Of a stretch of DNA of 42,150 nt, positions 41,655 to 42,150 are shown piece by piece. The DNA comes from Promethearchaeota archaeon (GTDB lineage: Archaea > Asgardarchaeota > Lokiarchaeia > Sigyniarchaeales > SOKP01): assembly GCA_019058365.1 (NCBI GenBank), contig JAHPZE010000034.1:1-42150 (forward strand). Reading direction: 5' to 3'. The translations under genes were made by a program, and so were the position numbers. Each line of letters begins with the position of its first letter. Within the stretch, counting starts at the first letter, position 1. The notes beneath the pieces are model-generated. The model saw only the letters and a list, made by a program, of their open reading frames with translations. It had not been told where the DNA came from and did not search any database.

Positions 41655-42071
41655 ATGCCAAAAATGGAAAGAAAAATAGATATTGCCGCATCTCAAGAAA
41701 AGATTTGGCAAATTGTTGATAATGATGATGATTATCCTAGATGGAATATTGTTGTAAATGAGGTTAAAAAACTTGGTGAAGGGAATTATTTTTTCAAAAC
41801 TAATGTTGGAGATGTAACTTCCCAACGAGCAGAAACAAATCCACCTAATGACCTTTATGCAACTCAAGAAGGAAGTCCCATGACAAGTTTAGGATATTCT
41901 TTAAAGCCTAAAGGTGATGTTGTTGAAGCCACAATCTGGGCAGAATTTGATGATGAAAAACAAGAACCAATCTTAGGAATTGCTGGAGAAATGCTCTTAA
42001 AAAGCTTAAAAAAGTATGCAGAACATCTAGAATCTGGTGGAAATCCTGATGAGTTTAATAAAAAAAAATAA
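41655..42071 (+). CDS. SRPBCC/START (polyketide cyclase-like) family protein
   Basis: IDIAASQEKIWQIV...YPRWN N-terminus and C-terminal helix LKSLKKYAE. Confidence 0.8.
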   Translation: MPKMERKIDIAASQEKIWQIVDNDDDYPRWNIVVNEVKKLGEGNYFFKTNVGDVTSQRAETNPPNDLYATQEGSPMTSLGYSLKPKGDVVEATIWAEFDDEKQEPILGIAGEMLLKSLKKYAEHLESGGNPDEFNKKK

Positions 42072-42150
42072 AATTATATTTTAACTTCTTTTTTTCATTC
42101 AGTATCTAATGAAGTATTTATTTATCTTTAATTTTTTATTTTTTTTATTC

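Noticed and set aside
761-41867. Numerous 60-104 aa ORFs antisense to or overlapping established genes
   Set aside because: Shadow ORFs with no motifs.
1-42150. CRISPR arrays, tRNA/rRNA genes, IS elements
   Set aside because: No repeat-spacer periodicity, cloverleaf, rRNA-like GC-rich tract or transposase was seen by eye.

Overview
AT-rich archaeal chromosomal window. It is probably from an Asgard archaeon (Lokiarchaeia-like); this is inferred from a Loki-CTERM-type sorting tail and the gene repertoire, not from a marker gene. In order, it holds: a methyltransferase; a PPC-repeat surface protein; an NTPase; a hydrolase; a dnaJ / dnaK / grpE cluster interrupted by a membrane gene and two tandem beta-helix paralogs; an MNT-HEPN pair; a B12-dependent acyl-CoA mutase operon (large subunit, small cobalamin-binding subunit, meaB); and an island of about 18 kb with radical SAM, glycosyl-, sulfo- and acyl-transfer genes plus several pseudogene remnants. 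The key finding is that the small mutase subunit gene (17313..17740, minus strand) is split inside its DxHxxG cobalamin-binding motif by a 26-nt insert (17666..17691). The insert folds with its exon flanks into a canonical bulge-helix-bulge (BHB) motif. Cutting at the standard tRNA-splicing-endonuclease positions removes an in-frame stop and restores KPGLDGHDRGAKV exactly. This makes it a candidate endonuclease-spliced mRNA intron in a metabolic gene.
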